Virus record (IMG/VR): IMGVR_UViG_3300018080_008436
Span: 372,001-436,000 of that record
Reading direction: 5' to 3' (one strand)
DNA length: 64,000 bases
The notes under the pieces were generated by a model. That model saw only the letters and a list, made by a program, of their open reading frames with translations. It was not told where the DNA came from and ran no database searches. A program made the position numbers and the translations under genes. Of the stretch, positions 1 to 10,662 are shown piece after piece (position 1 is the stretch's first letter; the number at the start of each line of letters is the position of its first letter).

Positions 1-1
1 C

Positions 2-985
2 ACTTCTTGCATAAATATAAGCCAACCCACCATTTGTTTCATAAGTACCTTGATATGCTCCAATAATAATCCTATCCCCACTCATATAGCATGATACGCC
101 AAAATAATCATCAATATTAGGATCTTGTATAATTTGATGCTGAACCCATGATGATCCATTCCATCTATAAATAAATAGATATCCCTCTTCCCTTTCTGTG
201 GTTATAGCACAATAATTTCCTCCATCATATGCAACCTGCCATCCGAAATGCCGATACAGAGAACTATCTGCTTCGATCATTTGCTTTTGAGTCCAAGAAC
301 CATTTTCCAATTCATAATAAAAAACTTTCCCATATGAGTCCAAACTGTCATAATGACTAGCCCCAACAAACATTTTTTTACCAGAGATCTTTATTTGTGT
401 ACCATATCTGTCACCGTTTATTGGCCCCTCAATGGCTTGTTTGTATTCGAAACACCCATCATTAAAACTTGATGACGAACTATTTGGAAGACAGGCATGT
501 TCACAAACTTCAATTGTTTGCCCCTTCTCGTATTTAGAACTTGCGCTGAGATTGTCAAGGGTAATAACATCCTCTGCACCTTTGTTTACATAAGTTCCTT
601 GATCAACTCCATCTATACAAACAGTTCCTTCAGGTATTACCCCCAAAAATGGAGGTGGAGAGAACCACATAGTGCCGTGAGATTGCGAAATGTTTCCGAT
701 TGCTGTTGTTACACAAATAAGAGAGCTAGAAGAAGAAATATTCTCCAAAGATTCCGAAGATGAAGATTCCCCACCAATAGATTCAGAGCTTTCTGAAATT
801 GAGCTTGGCATGAAGCTATCAGATGACGAACTAACAAGTTCACATTCCAAACAGGTTGAGAAAGTTCCCTCAATACTTAATGGATCAGTATCGACAGGGT
901 CATAGGTTCTCTCAGTGTACGTATAGCACGTCCCCTCTATCCTAACTGTCTTCCCCTGATATTCTTCAAATACTATATGTCCCAT
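2..985 (-). CDS. Putative tail-tip/adhesin protein with Ser-rich linker and FG-GAP-like beta-propeller repeats (partial, runs off left edge; not in ORF track)
   Basis: ATG at 985 after AGGAG RBS. My translation begins MGHIVFEEYQGKTVRIEG, passes a Ser-rich stretch, then FG-GAP-like units (RYGTQIKISGKKMFVGAS, HFGWQVAYDG, YFGVSCYMSGDRIIIGAY...GGLAYIY). Confidence 0.7.
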   Translation of the reverse strand, partial: MGHIVFEEYQGKTVRIEGTCYTYTERTYDPVDTDPLSIEGTFSTCLECELVSSSSDSFMPSSISESSESIGGESSSSESLENISSSSSLICVTTAIGNISQSHGTMWFSPPPFLGVIPEGTVCIDGVDQGTYVNKGAEDVITLDNLSASSKYEKGQTIEVCEHACLPNSSSSSFNDGCFEYKQAIEGPINGDRYGTQIKISGKKMFVGASHYDSLDSYGKVFYYELENGSWTQKQMIEADSSLYRHFGWQVAYDGGNYCAITTEREEGYLFIYRWNGSSWVQHQIIQDPNIDDYFGVSCYMSGDRIIIGAYQGTYETNGGLAYIYARS

Positions 986-998
986 TATTCACTCCTAC

Positions 999-3356
999 TT
1001 ATGGACAGTTCTCATTTCCTGTTGTTGGAACGTAATTCAAAGAGCCATTTTTCCAACTACCCCAAGGTTGTCCTGATCCCGAAATTGGCTCCCACTTAAT
1101 AGTAACTCCCTCTAAGTGACCCGACGTAACAGTACATTTCCCAAACATGATGTCTCTAATGTCAGTGTAAGCCGAAGCGCTACTCCCCCAAACCCCACAC
1201 AATGTTGTTGGAGATACGTTAATCATATTGTCTACATTAAAGTGAGGATTGCAACCAGTTGTTGTACCATATCCTCCACCTTCATTATAGTTCAAACCTA
1301 CATAAAACTGGGCTTGGTTATTTCTTATTATAACTGCTATGTCTGCTTCTCCTGGGCTATATCCACTTCCTTGGTCTACACTGAGTCGAACTGAGTCATC
1401 TATGGCTATTCTCCAAACTTCTCTGCCTGAAGTCCAGTAATTGCTTGGACAAATTATTTTACTCTCCCCATTTTCCCACTCTTCTCTTAAGAAAACCCTA
1501 AGACCTGGACCACTCCAACAAAGTGTCATTTTTACTCTTGGATCGGAATTCCCCTCACAATTTATCTGATCTAACGCATCGCTTTCAGAACTAGAAGAGC
1601 TAATAGAACTACTGCCCAAACTGCTCTCACTTGAGTCAGAACTGAACAAGAGACTGCTTTTACTTGATTCAGATGAAGATGTATTTCCAATACTTTCTGA
1701 GGAACTACTAATTGATTCACTAATTGAACTGATACTTTCAGTAAATAGCTCGCATGCATCATATCGCCAATTTAAGAAACCTGATGAATCTGATGAAGAA
1801 GACGGAGGATCAAAACTAGAACTCGATTCAGAAATGGTTATACTTGATTCACTTGAACTTGAATCAGATCCGACAACCCCAGAACTTGACGACTCAGAAT
1901 TTCCTAAGGAACTTGACTCGGATTGTGAACTGGAAGATTGTGAAATCGAACTTGATGACTCAGAATAATTCTCACTTGAGGAGCTAGACGAAGGACTAGA
2001 TAAACTTGAACCACTCAGAGTTGACTCACTTTGGGTTGACTGACTTTGGGTTGACTGGCTTGTGGAAGATACAGCGCTTACTTCTGATATACTACTAGTA
2101 GAATATCTATCACTAGAGCTACTGGATGAGTCAAGAGATGATGAACTTGACGATTGAGAACTCGAACTTGAGCTTTGATCTAGGTCAGCCTCTCCATAAA
2201 CGGCTCGATACCTGAAAGCTGTATGAGAGGGCATTGTTTGACTAGCAAGATCAATGGCAATTGTGTCATCATTTATCGGCAATCTTTTGAATTCAACTCC
2301 TTCGTCTCTCAAACAAGTAACTAAACCTCCACCAGAATAAATTACAGAAGAATCGTTTCCTCTAGCCTTCAAAAAACCTTGATTCCCAGGAATAATTCTT
2401 GCTGACCACTCTTCAGTATAGGGAATAGAAAACTTAACTGCATCGTCCAAACCTTCGTCTATTAGATAAAAAACATCCATATCACCACTAATATTGGTGA
2501 CATTAGTTCTGCCAGTCGCCAAATATGTCTCATCTAATGTCCCTGAATCAAACCTGCCAAGATATTGATTTCCGAACACAACAAAATAACCGGAATTGCC
2601 TTTGCCTATATCTAGAATAAGATTGGCAGACGTATCAGATGATACAGAGTCAGAGTAATAATCCAATTCAAAAATTTCATACCCTGATAAAGTTTGAGCA
2701 GAAATGACTACATTACCATTTCTTTTGTTTAAGAACTTTCTAACATTACCCGAGATAGAAGATCCTAATAAATACTTCTCCAATACCTTGGCATTCTCTA
2801 AAGACCTCTTGAGTACTTGGGTCTTCTGAACCTGCCAGAAAACGCCTCGACTCCCATCAACGATAATCTCTAAGGCTTCAGATCCCAGATTAAATGATTT
2901 CTTGATTCGAATAGTGTCGGCAGTACCAAAGCAAAATAGTGTTTTGTCATAATAAGAATAGACATTGTTGGTTTTATTGTCTACTGAGAGCATTGACAGG
3001 TCAACACCTGTATCAAATCTCTCAATAATATGGGTGCAATCTCCTGTTAAACGATAAATAATTCCATCGCTAACAGCGAAAACATTCTCACGCATCGCGT
3101 TAACTATTTTAACGCGCATTGTGTAGTCAGTATAGAATTTTACGCCTTCTTCGCCTAAAGGAAAATCAATAAAATTAACGCCATCAAAGCTGTAAAATAT
3201 TGACCCTTTTACTGCATTCTCCCTAAAAGTCGAGAGATTGTACAGCACAGAGCCTTCATTGAGTCTGTAGAACTCAAATTCATAACCAACTGGAACCCCA
3301 ACTTGATCTGGATTTATATTGACATCCCATTCGAAAAATTTTGCTTTGTATGACAT
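999..3356 (-). CDS. Putative tail-associated protein with ~200-aa Ser-rich region
   Basis: 785-aa ORF in tail-tip cluster; beta-rich N-terminus, long poly-Ser tract, small Cys-containing C-terminal domain. Confidence 0.6.
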   Translation of the reverse strand: MSYKAKFFEWDVNINPDQVGVPVGYEFEFYRLNEGSVLYNLSTFRENAVKGSIFYSFDGVNFIDFPLGEEGVKFYTDYTMRVKIVNAMRENVFAVSDGIIYRLTGDCTHIIERFDTGVDLSMLSVDNKTNNVYSYYDKTLFCFGTADTIRIKKSFNLGSEALEIIVDGSRGVFWQVQKTQVLKRSLENAKVLEKYLLGSSISGNVRKFLNKRNGNVVISAQTLSGYEIFELDYYSDSVSSDTSANLILDIGKGNSGYFVVFGNQYLGRFDSGTLDETYLATGRTNVTNISGDMDVFYLIDEGLDDAVKFSIPYTEEWSARIIPGNQGFLKARGNDSSVIYSGGGLVTCLRDEGVEFKRLPINDDTIAIDLASQTMPSHTAFRYRAVYGEADLDQSSSSSSQSSSSSSLDSSSSSSDRYSTSSISEVSAVSSTSQSTQSQSTQSESTLSGSSLSSPSSSSSSENYSESSSSISQSSSSQSESSSLGNSESSSSGVVGSDSSSSESSITISESSSSFDPPSSSSDSSGFLNWRYDACELFTESISSISESISSSSESIGNTSSSESSKSSLLFSSDSSESSLGSSSISSSSSESDALDQINCEGNSDPRVKMTLCWSGPGLRVFLREEWENGESKIICPSNYWTSGREVWRIAIDDSVRLSVDQGSGYSPGEADIAVIIRNNQAQFYVGLNYNEGGGYGTTTGCNPHFNVDNMINVSPTTLCGVWGSSASAYTDIRDIMFGKCTVTSGHLEGVTIKWEPISGSGQPWGSWKNGSLNYVPTTGNENCP

Positions 3357-3362
3357 ATTCCA

Positions 3363-6300
3363 TTATGTACTTAGTAAGACATTACCACTTATCATTGGTC
3401 TAACATCTCTTGGCTTAACCAAGTAATTCTCTCCGAAAGACCATAATATATTTCCCCAAGAATCGACTTTTATCAATCTACTGGTAAAAGGTGACTCCAA
3501 CCCATCGCTCTCCAATATATAATACAAATCTCTTGACGATAATCTTTGTCTTGTGACGTTTATTTTGCCAGTCAGGATATCTGGATATACAAACCAGTCA
3601 AATTCTCCATCATCAATGAACTCAAACGAGTAAGTTTCTCCTGGGTCTAATACAGGAGATGTAAACACCGTACCATACAAAGTGAGGTCTGGGTCTTGTT
3701 GGAATAAATCATAGGTAGTTGTTCCAGAATAAATGGTAATAGGAGAAGAACTGCTATTTCTCCAAACAACAGTAGTACCCTGTCTGACAAATATGTTATT
3801 CTCACTAACAGAATCATTGTATATGTCGATAACTCTTTGCTCCTGAGGAACTATATGGAAATCTGGTATGTATTTATCTGAGTCAAACTGCCATTCAATT
3901 TCTGGAGTCTGAGTTTCTAGGTCAGTATAAACAATAATGGCTCTCTGCCTTATCGAATCACCAATCAACAACTCATATGCTCCGATCTTTTCGGCACTAC
4001 CCAAGATTACTTTGGCCCTTTCCTTGCTTTCTGCAAATCTTGCGGCATTATTTGAGAATACTGTGTCTCCACTCTCATCTAACTGAACAACACTATGGCC
4101 ATTCAAATATTTCGTTCCGAAAATTAACTGATTCGTTGGGACATCTGCCAAATCTGGGTTAGGAGTTAAAAGATCTAGCCCACTCGCTTCTCTTGCAATA
4201 TTTTCTAATCGTAAGGCGAATTCGTCTGCGTTTTCTTGTCCTGCAAGTCCATCAAGCCAAGAAGGAGATCTTAGTTTAGCAACAAGTATAGATAATTCCC
4301 CTCCTGCTAAACCACTTGTATCATCTGGAATGATTTGCAAATCTATTGGAGAATAGATATTCTGTATGAATACATTTGCGACATCAGTATTTGTTCTAGA
4401 AGTTTCAACACTCCTGTCGTCTTCACTAACGATAGCTCCCCTGTTCATATAAAGTTTCAGAAGAGCATTGGAATTTAACCCAACAATAAACTCAGAAGTT
4501 ATATCACCATGGTCATAAACCAATTGGTTTCCATCAGCATCAACAGTATAGATTCTGATTGTATGTTTACCTGGGTCTAAATCTTCAAGAGTAATTGGTT
4601 CTGTAGAATAATAATCGATTGCTGGATCACTATCAATTTGATATTGAACATGCTGACCCGTTGGAACAACAGGAAAATTCTCAGATGTGAATTCGACAAC
4701 GACAGGGTTATTAGAGTAAGTTTGATTTGGTCGGGGGTATTGTATGCTTAGATATGGGTTGGTGTATGTAGATCTACGAACGAAATTTAATGTTGCAGAT
4801 GCCTCGTCATTTGTTTGCTCAACATCATTATAATCCACCAAGATAATATCAACTTCATGATCTCCAGTACTCAATCCAGAAAATGTATAATTATCCTCAT
4901 AGATAATAAAACTAGTACCACCATCAATAGACAACTTAATTCCATACTCCCCTTCATCACTCCCTAATTCTGCATTTCTCAATAAAAAATTCACCTTAAC
5001 AGAACTGCTAGACGTTCTGAAGTTCTGATATGGTGCTCCAACAGCAATTGCTGGATCTGTTTGACTCAAAACGTTATTAAGAGCCGTTTTGTCTGCTCCC
5101 TGTAGTGTGATTTTCAGAACATGAGACTTGAACGAGAAATGACTTGAGAATATCGCTTCTTCATCTGTTGACGTTGATAAATCTCCCCAAATTTCATATT
5201 TCGCTTGAGGGATGCCAACCAATTCAGTTGTAGAGTCCGATAAATTGAATCTGTGCGCTCCAACCTTTAAATAGATCTTGTCCATGTCAAATGTTGCCGA
5301 AGCGTTATAGATATTCGTTAAATTACTGTCAAATACTATGTAAAGTATCCCCTGCTCTTCATTATATATACTATGAAGAACTGTCATGTCATCTTCAGTC
5401 GTTTCTGCTGTCTCTTCAGTTTCTTCAGTTGTCTCTGTTGTATTAGATCCTGGGCCGTTCTCTTCAAATCCATAAGGATCATTTGGAGCTTCCAAGAAAC
5501 TTCCATAAAAACCAATTTCCAAATTTCCATATCTATCCACTTTCACAATTCTATCGTTGTCAGTATCTGCCAACCATAATGAACCTGCGTCCCCTCTTGC
5601 AACTCCAGATAAATAGCCGAATGAAGGAGTAATGTCGTTCATTGCTTGATAAGTCGTTGTTGGTAATGTTGATCCTCCAAAGGCGAAAGCAACATCAAAA
5701 TCACTCTCTAGCTGACCTGCACTTCCATCTGTCGCAAAGTAATAGGTCCCGATATCATCGACATCTGCAACCTGTATTGATCCTGGATCTGTAGTTGTGT
5801 CTATGTTGAAGAGCTTGCCCGTTTCCCAATCTGTTTGAGAAGTAAACTCAAATTCAGCATCTTCATCACTAACATAGAAGTCTAGATAAAGCTTCTTCAT
5901 ACAAGCGGTCCTACTATTTGTAATAGAGGACTCAAAATATGCTTCGATCTCAATATACTTATAAAGTGTTCCGCTTGTAGGGATAGTTGTTCCGCTAACA
6001 GTCGTATATTCTGACCATTCAGCTACAGCCAACCCAGCTTCTGTATTAGAAACTCTACTTCTAACTTTGAAGGCCACTCCAGTTGACGATGTGTCTGTAG
6101 GAATTACTGTATTCCATCTCAGTCTCCAGTAATCGACTAGCAAATCGTTCCCGTAAATAACTCTTACATAACCATCATCTTCATAGAAATTTCCAGTACT
6201 TAAGATAAAGTCATCAATATTAAGGTCGAATGGTTTTGAATTATCCCAACCAAGTTGGGTAGAGGTATATATTGCCATTTGATTTACAGATGATCGAATA

Positions 6301-7730
6301 TACCCTCTTAAATCAACTCTAACTTCCTGCCAACCATTTTCTAAAGTATCAACATTAATGGTTGGAGTGTTTCTTTCAAGAGCCAAGAAATAAGAATTCT
6401 GAATACCTGCAACTGAATCGCTAAAGTAGAAAACCCAGTCTCCATGTTCAACATCTTCTGTCTTCAAATAGAAGGTAAGGAAATCGTAGTCACTCCAGTC
6501 TTGAGCATCGAAATCTTTTCTAATAACCAAAGCCATCTCGGTTTCTTCATTAGTAACGTCTATTTTCCCACTTGTTGGAGCAGAGACATACTCTGAACTA
6601 TCCAGAGACAAATTCCCAGTTGTAGTTGAGCTAAGATCTTCTGTGAATACGGTCCATTCATCAATATTATTAAATTCATCTAGGACTAACTCATTGTTAG
6701 TTGTGGCAAGACAAACTGAATCTCCGTCAATAAATACATTACTGTTGGTACTGTCACTAAAATCATCTTCAGTATCCCAAATTCTTGTGTATGTAGTGAA
6801 TCCAGCGATTGGAGTCATCGTTATAGTGTGTTCACCACCCTCGGAAAATGTTCTATAATCAACTTCAGCAGTTGTATTGATCATGTCAACGAAATCATCT
6901 GGGCTGATACCTGGAATAAAAGCAATCTCATTTACCAAATACTCATCAATATCTGGATAAACGTGTTTCAGAGCCAATATGAGTTGCAACAAATTGATTG
7001 TGGAGACCTCTCCCATCTTTTTGTTGTCAGTAATATTAAGAGTCTCTACAAACGCATCTAATTGAGCATGAGTTAATGTTCCCTGTTCTGTTAATCCTTC
7101 GATATGGTCAATCTTTGGTATTCTATTCTCATCAAGAACCCCAGTTTTGATTTTACTTGCGTCTAAATCTGGAATGTTTTGTTGATTTAAAACTCCTTGG
7201 ACTTCACTTGAAAGATCAATTGGAGATGGATTACCAGTACCACCGATATGCCTATGTTCTTCAACAGCTTGATTGATTAGGGCTTGGAATCCAAGAACTT
7301 CTCGTCCATCTGTTGATATAGCTGTTACAGAAACATCATCAGTTGTGACAGATCCAAGGTAAAGACTTTCATCATCTGTCTCATGGAAGGACAAATATGC
7401 AGAAAAGTTAACATTTTGACTCCAATAACTATCTTCTTGAATCTCAGCGTAGACATACATTGTTGTATTTTGATTCAATCCTTCAATAGTAAATGAATCA
7501 GTTGATTCTACAGCTACAAAAGCCACATGTCCTGATCCTGGGCCAACTGTAATATTAAGACCCTCGGATACGGTAAGGCCCCATCCTGTTTTTATTCCGT
7601 TACCCAGTACATCGAACACTGCAAAAAGCTGAGCATCTAGAGATTCCCATCTCTGCATCTCAGTTGCGGCATCGGTAGTATCATCTTGTTCGAAATACGA
7701 TAACTGATATTTATTAGTTCTTCTACTCAT
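3363..7730 (-). CDS. Large virion structural protein (tail tip/fibre; carbohydrate-binding-like, Ig-like, beta-propeller and cupredoxin-like segments)
   Basis: 1455 aa, very acidic and beta-rich. NHL-like LWLADTDNDRIVKVD; GDHEVDIILVD/GKHTIRIYTVD Ig-like repeats; C-terminal GTTVVWRN...SPVLDPGETYSFEF. Lies downstream of the tape measure. Confidence 0.6.
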   Translation of the reverse strand: MSRRTNKYQLSYFEQDDTTDAATEMQRWESLDAQLFAVFDVLGNGIKTGWGLTVSEGLNITVGPGSGHVAFVAVESTDSFTIEGLNQNTTMYVYAEIQEDSYWSQNVNFSAYLSFHETDDESLYLGSVTTDDVSVTAISTDGREVLGFQALINQAVEEHRHIGGTGNPSPIDLSSEVQGVLNQQNIPDLDASKIKTGVLDENRIPKIDHIEGLTEQGTLTHAQLDAFVETLNITDNKKMGEVSTINLLQLILALKHVYPDIDEYLVNEIAFIPGISPDDFVDMINTTAEVDYRTFSEGGEHTITMTPIAGFTTYTRIWDTEDDFSDSTNSNVFIDGDSVCLATTNNELVLDEFNNIDEWTVFTEDLSSTTTGNLSLDSSEYVSAPTSGKIDVTNEETEMALVIRKDFDAQDWSDYDFLTFYLKTEDVEHGDWVFYFSDSVAGIQNSYFLALERNTPTINVDTLENGWQEVRVDLRGYIRSSVNQMAIYTSTQLGWDNSKPFDLNIDDFILSTGNFYEDDGYVRVIYGNDLLVDYWRLRWNTVIPTDTSSTGVAFKVRSRVSNTEAGLAVAEWSEYTTVSGTTIPTSGTLYKYIEIEAYFESSITNSRTACMKKLYLDFYVSDEDAEFEFTSQTDWETGKLFNIDTTTDPGSIQVADVDDIGTYYFATDGSAGQLESDFDVAFAFGGSTLPTTTYQAMNDITPSFGYLSGVARGDAGSLWLADTDNDRIVKVDRYGNLEIGFYGSFLEAPNDPYGFEENGPGSNTTETTEETEETAETTEDDMTVLHSIYNEEQGILYIVFDSNLTNIYNASATFDMDKIYLKVGAHRFNLSDSTTELVGIPQAKYEIWGDLSTSTDEEAIFSSHFSFKSHVLKITLQGADKTALNNVLSQTDPAIAVGAPYQNFRTSSSSVKVNFLLRNAELGSDEGEYGIKLSIDGGTSFIIYEDNYTFSGLSTGDHEVDIILVDYNDVEQTNDEASATLNFVRRSTYTNPYLSIQYPRPNQTYSNNPVVVEFTSENFPVVPTGQHVQYQIDSDPAIDYYSTEPITLEDLDPGKHTIRIYTVDADGNQLVYDHGDITSEFIVGLNSNALLKLYMNRGAIVSEDDRSVETSRTNTDVANVFIQNIYSPIDLQIIPDDTSGLAGGELSILVAKLRSPSWLDGLAGQENADEFALRLENIAREASGLDLLTPNPDLADVPTNQLIFGTKYLNGHSVVQLDESGDTVFSNNAARFAESKERAKVILGSAEKIGAYELLIGDSIRQRAIIVYTDLETQTPEIEWQFDSDKYIPDFHIVPQEQRVIDIYNDSVSENNIFVRQGTTVVWRNSSSSPITIYSGTTTYDLFQQDPDLTLYGTVFTSPVLDPGETYSFEFIDDGEFDWFVYPDILTGKINVTRQRLSSRDLYYILESDGLESPFTSRLIKVDSWGNILWSFGENYLVKPRDVRPMISGNVLLST

Positions 7731-7948
7731 TCTGCAACCACATCATTTTGTCCCCATTGACTTGCGCCAATGATAAAGACATCTTCATTAAGTTTAGCGT
7801 CCGTTACATTACCTTGTGATAAATCAGATATAGGGTGATCATAAAAAGTCAATGAGCCAGTATCAATGGTCTGTCCAAAGCCACCACCATCGAATGCTTG
7901 TTGCCCTTGCCTGATTGTAGTTACTAAATTTTGCCAATTAACATTCAT
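7727..7948 (-). CDS. Small hypothetical protein (tail module)
   Basis: 73-aa ORF tightly coupled to both neighbours (ATGA overlap with the downstream gene). Confidence 0.55.
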   Translation of the reverse strand: MNVNWQNLVTTIRQGQQAFDGGGFGQTIDTGSLTFYDHPISDLSQGNVTDAKLNEDVFIIGASQWGQNDVVAE

Positions 7949-7951
7949 AAT

Positions 7952-10654
7952 TTAACCATTTAACCATCTTGCTTCATATTCTTGTGAGAAGTCATTGCTA
8001 TCTGCATTGTAGTTTCTTCTCACTGATGTCAACCTATAAGGTAGATCATCCACATCTATAAACTGCAATGGGGTCGCTATTTCTTGCTGAACTCCAACAG
8101 TCTTAAAACTTATTCCTCGAATTGGTTGAAAAACTCTTTCTGCCAATCGATACATATGTGCTCTTGCAACATCAATATCCCCATACGCAGGCTGATCTAT
8201 CATAATTGGTTTCTTAAATAAGATCTTATTGTCTTTGTTCTTAGGTATAGTTGAAACCGCTATAAGATTTCTGGTATCTCTGTCCAAAGTAAATATACTA
8301 ATTAAGTTCGCCGTACTATCAAAAGTAACCTCAATATCTCTTTGGTCTAGAATTGTCGTTTTGTTAACATCTGTAGGATCAGAAGAGAAGTAATGATCTA
8401 TCACACCAGGTCCAAATGTGGCCTTATCATATCCGAGTAACCCTCCAGGCAATCTATCAATATGCATTGTACCATCAGCGTCAAAATATGTAAAAGCCTC
8501 AAATCTTTTCACGATTGTCATTATGCAGTCGAAAATTTTATCAGTTGATTTAAACCTCATCCTTGGGCTAGTAAAAGAATACCCTGAGGGTAAAAAGTAT
8601 TCTTCAATATTAGGAACCCAATCTTTTTGAAAGGAGCCGATCCCTGCTCTTTTAGCGAGATCTCTAACTGCATGATACCCAACCATTCCATCATAAAATG
8701 GACTGTTAACAACTGGAGTGTTTTGCAAAATATAGTTATAATCCTCACAAACAAGTGTTATTGTCTCTTTTCCTGGAACTTCATTTGTGCTAGTAGATAC
8801 AATAACCCCAGTAAATGTTTTTGTGAAATCTTTTGCCGTAGATGTATTGTCAGCATTCCACGTCCATCTTATATCTATGCCATACTGCCTTTGTTTTAAA
8901 GCATCATATTTTCCATTCTCATTATAGAGAACAACAGTAGCACTTTTCTTTATGTGGAAGAAGTCTGGTGCGGATGCTTCTTCTGTAATGTCTATTAAAT
9001 CTTCAGTAACTCCAACTGGGGAAAGTTTTCTAGGTTTCCTTGCTTGGACATCAACTCCTTTAAGTCTGAAGAAATATGGGGTTGCAGAATATCTAAGAGT
9101 TGTATTGTCCCAAACTTTATCATCTGGACGCATAAACAGAAGAAAGAAGTCAGTACCTTTCAAATTACCAATTGCTGGATCACCATATTTCTTAGCAAAT
9201 TCTTTCACGCTAATAAACAATGCACGACCTTCACGATGTAATCCAAATGCCGTAGGTGGTATATTATTGACAGTTTTGTTTATTCCCTCATCTCGGAAAG
9301 ACTCTGCATCAATGCCATATTGCTGTTCTTTAGTTATATTTTGTGGACCAGATGGCAGAAGACTTGTCGCCTCGCCAGTTGGATCACCAGTTTCATCTGC
9401 GGCTGAATATTGAATAATTTCAATTTTGGGATTGTTGGGATCGCCAAGAACAGGAGTCTCTTTTCTATCAACTATTGGGAAGGCCATCGCACTAAGTCTG
9501 GCAAAAGTCATTGGATAAGCGTAAACACTTGCCCTCATATTAGATCCATAAACTCTAATTTTGCCTTTGGCAATATTACATGGTTTTAATTTCCCCTTGT
9601 CATCCTTATTGCCAGTTCTAACAATTCTGGTGTAAATATAGTTGAAGTTATTTATTGTGACTACTAACCTCCCACCAATAGTCATAAACCCAACGTCGAT
9701 TCTCTTGTCGGTTGTTACCAAACGAGTAGACTCATGATCAATTACTCTACCTTGAACAGGAAACGCATTATTCCCGTAGTAGTCCATTAATCTAGGCAGT
9801 TCGTTAAGGCTCAAAACTAAATCAAATCGATCTTGATTGTTGTTCGAATCCACTCCCAAACTAATAATCCAGAATGTTTCATATTGAGCAGGATATGGGG
9901 GCCTTTCGCTCGTCTCTATTGTCACCCAGAATGGCATATTTTCTGTAAGGAAGTCGTCTGACTCCAACCCCCACCACAAACCATCTTGCACTTTACTTTG
10001 ATGGGGACAATCAAGAGTTCTTTTCTCTGGGGGTTGTTCATCAGTGCCAGTTTCGTCTGGTTGGCCAGGAGGTATGGGTTTAGCTGGAAATGAAGCGCCA
10101 AAATTTTGTAGGAATTCTTTGATTTCTGCGTCATCTGTTGTTCCATCTGTTTTCGCTTCTTTGTAGTTAGACATATTCCAGATTGGACCAACATATGTTG
10201 ACCCAGGCTCTGTATCTGGATCAATAGGCTCTCTATAAAGTGTATTATTTTTATTAGTGATATCTGTATAGTATGATGGAAAGTTTTGAGAATCCAATTT
10301 TTCTTCAATCGCCCCTGGAGTTTTTACTCCTTTTAAACTACATGGAGTCCAACTGATACGTCCATCTGCACTTGGAAGTGATGACCCAGCACTTGATGAA
10401 CCTGGAGTAATGTTGCTAAGATAATTGTCCACAAAGAATTTCTTTCTAGCTGGGAAACAAGCGGCAAAATCACTATTGTTGTCTTGAACCTGTTCCGTCA
10501 ACAATGGCTCAACATAAGGAGATTTATTAATAGCAGGCCAATGACGAGCAGTAATGTCAAAATTATACACTTGAGATTCCTGCACGACTTTGGGAAGCCT
10601 ATGCAATATTCTTACTAGTGGTGTTGCTATACCATAATTTTTGTTGTCAGCCAT
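7952..10654 (-). CDS. Putative baseplate hub / tail-tip protein
   Basis: 900 aa. The C-terminal half resembles hub proteins (FTGVIVS...ITLVCEDYNYILQ; YFDADGTMHI; YRLTSVRRNY). AGGAG RBS. Confidence 0.55.
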   Translation of the reverse strand: MADNKNYGIATPLVRILHRLPKVVQESQVYNFDITARHWPAINKSPYVEPLLTEQVQDNNSDFAACFPARKKFFVDNYLSNITPGSSSAGSSLPSADGRISWTPCSLKGVKTPGAIEEKLDSQNFPSYYTDITNKNNTLYREPIDPDTEPGSTYVGPIWNMSNYKEAKTDGTTDDAEIKEFLQNFGASFPAKPIPPGQPDETGTDEQPPEKRTLDCPHQSKVQDGLWWGLESDDFLTENMPFWVTIETSERPPYPAQYETFWIISLGVDSNNNQDRFDLVLSLNELPRLMDYYGNNAFPVQGRVIDHESTRLVTTDKRIDVGFMTIGGRLVVTINNFNYIYTRIVRTGNKDDKGKLKPCNIAKGKIRVYGSNMRASVYAYPMTFARLSAMAFPIVDRKETPVLGDPNNPKIEIIQYSAADETGDPTGEATSLLPSGPQNITKEQQYGIDAESFRDEGINKTVNNIPPTAFGLHREGRALFISVKEFAKKYGDPAIGNLKGTDFFLLFMRPDDKVWDNTTLRYSATPYFFRLKGVDVQARKPRKLSPVGVTEDLIDITEEASAPDFFHIKKSATVVLYNENGKYDALKQRQYGIDIRWTWNADNTSTAKDFTKTFTGVIVSTSTNEVPGKETITLVCEDYNYILQNTPVVNSPFYDGMVGYHAVRDLAKRAGIGSFQKDWVPNIEEYFLPSGYSFTSPRMRFKSTDKIFDCIMTIVKRFEAFTYFDADGTMHIDRLPGGLLGYDKATFGPGVIDHYFSSDPTDVNKTTILDQRDIEVTFDSTANLISIFTLDRDTRNLIAVSTIPKNKDNKILFKKPIMIDQPAYGDIDVARAHMYRLAERVFQPIRGISFKTVGVQQEIATPLQFIDVDDLPYRLTSVRRNYNADSNDFSQEYEARWLNG

Positions 10655-10662
10655 AATAACTC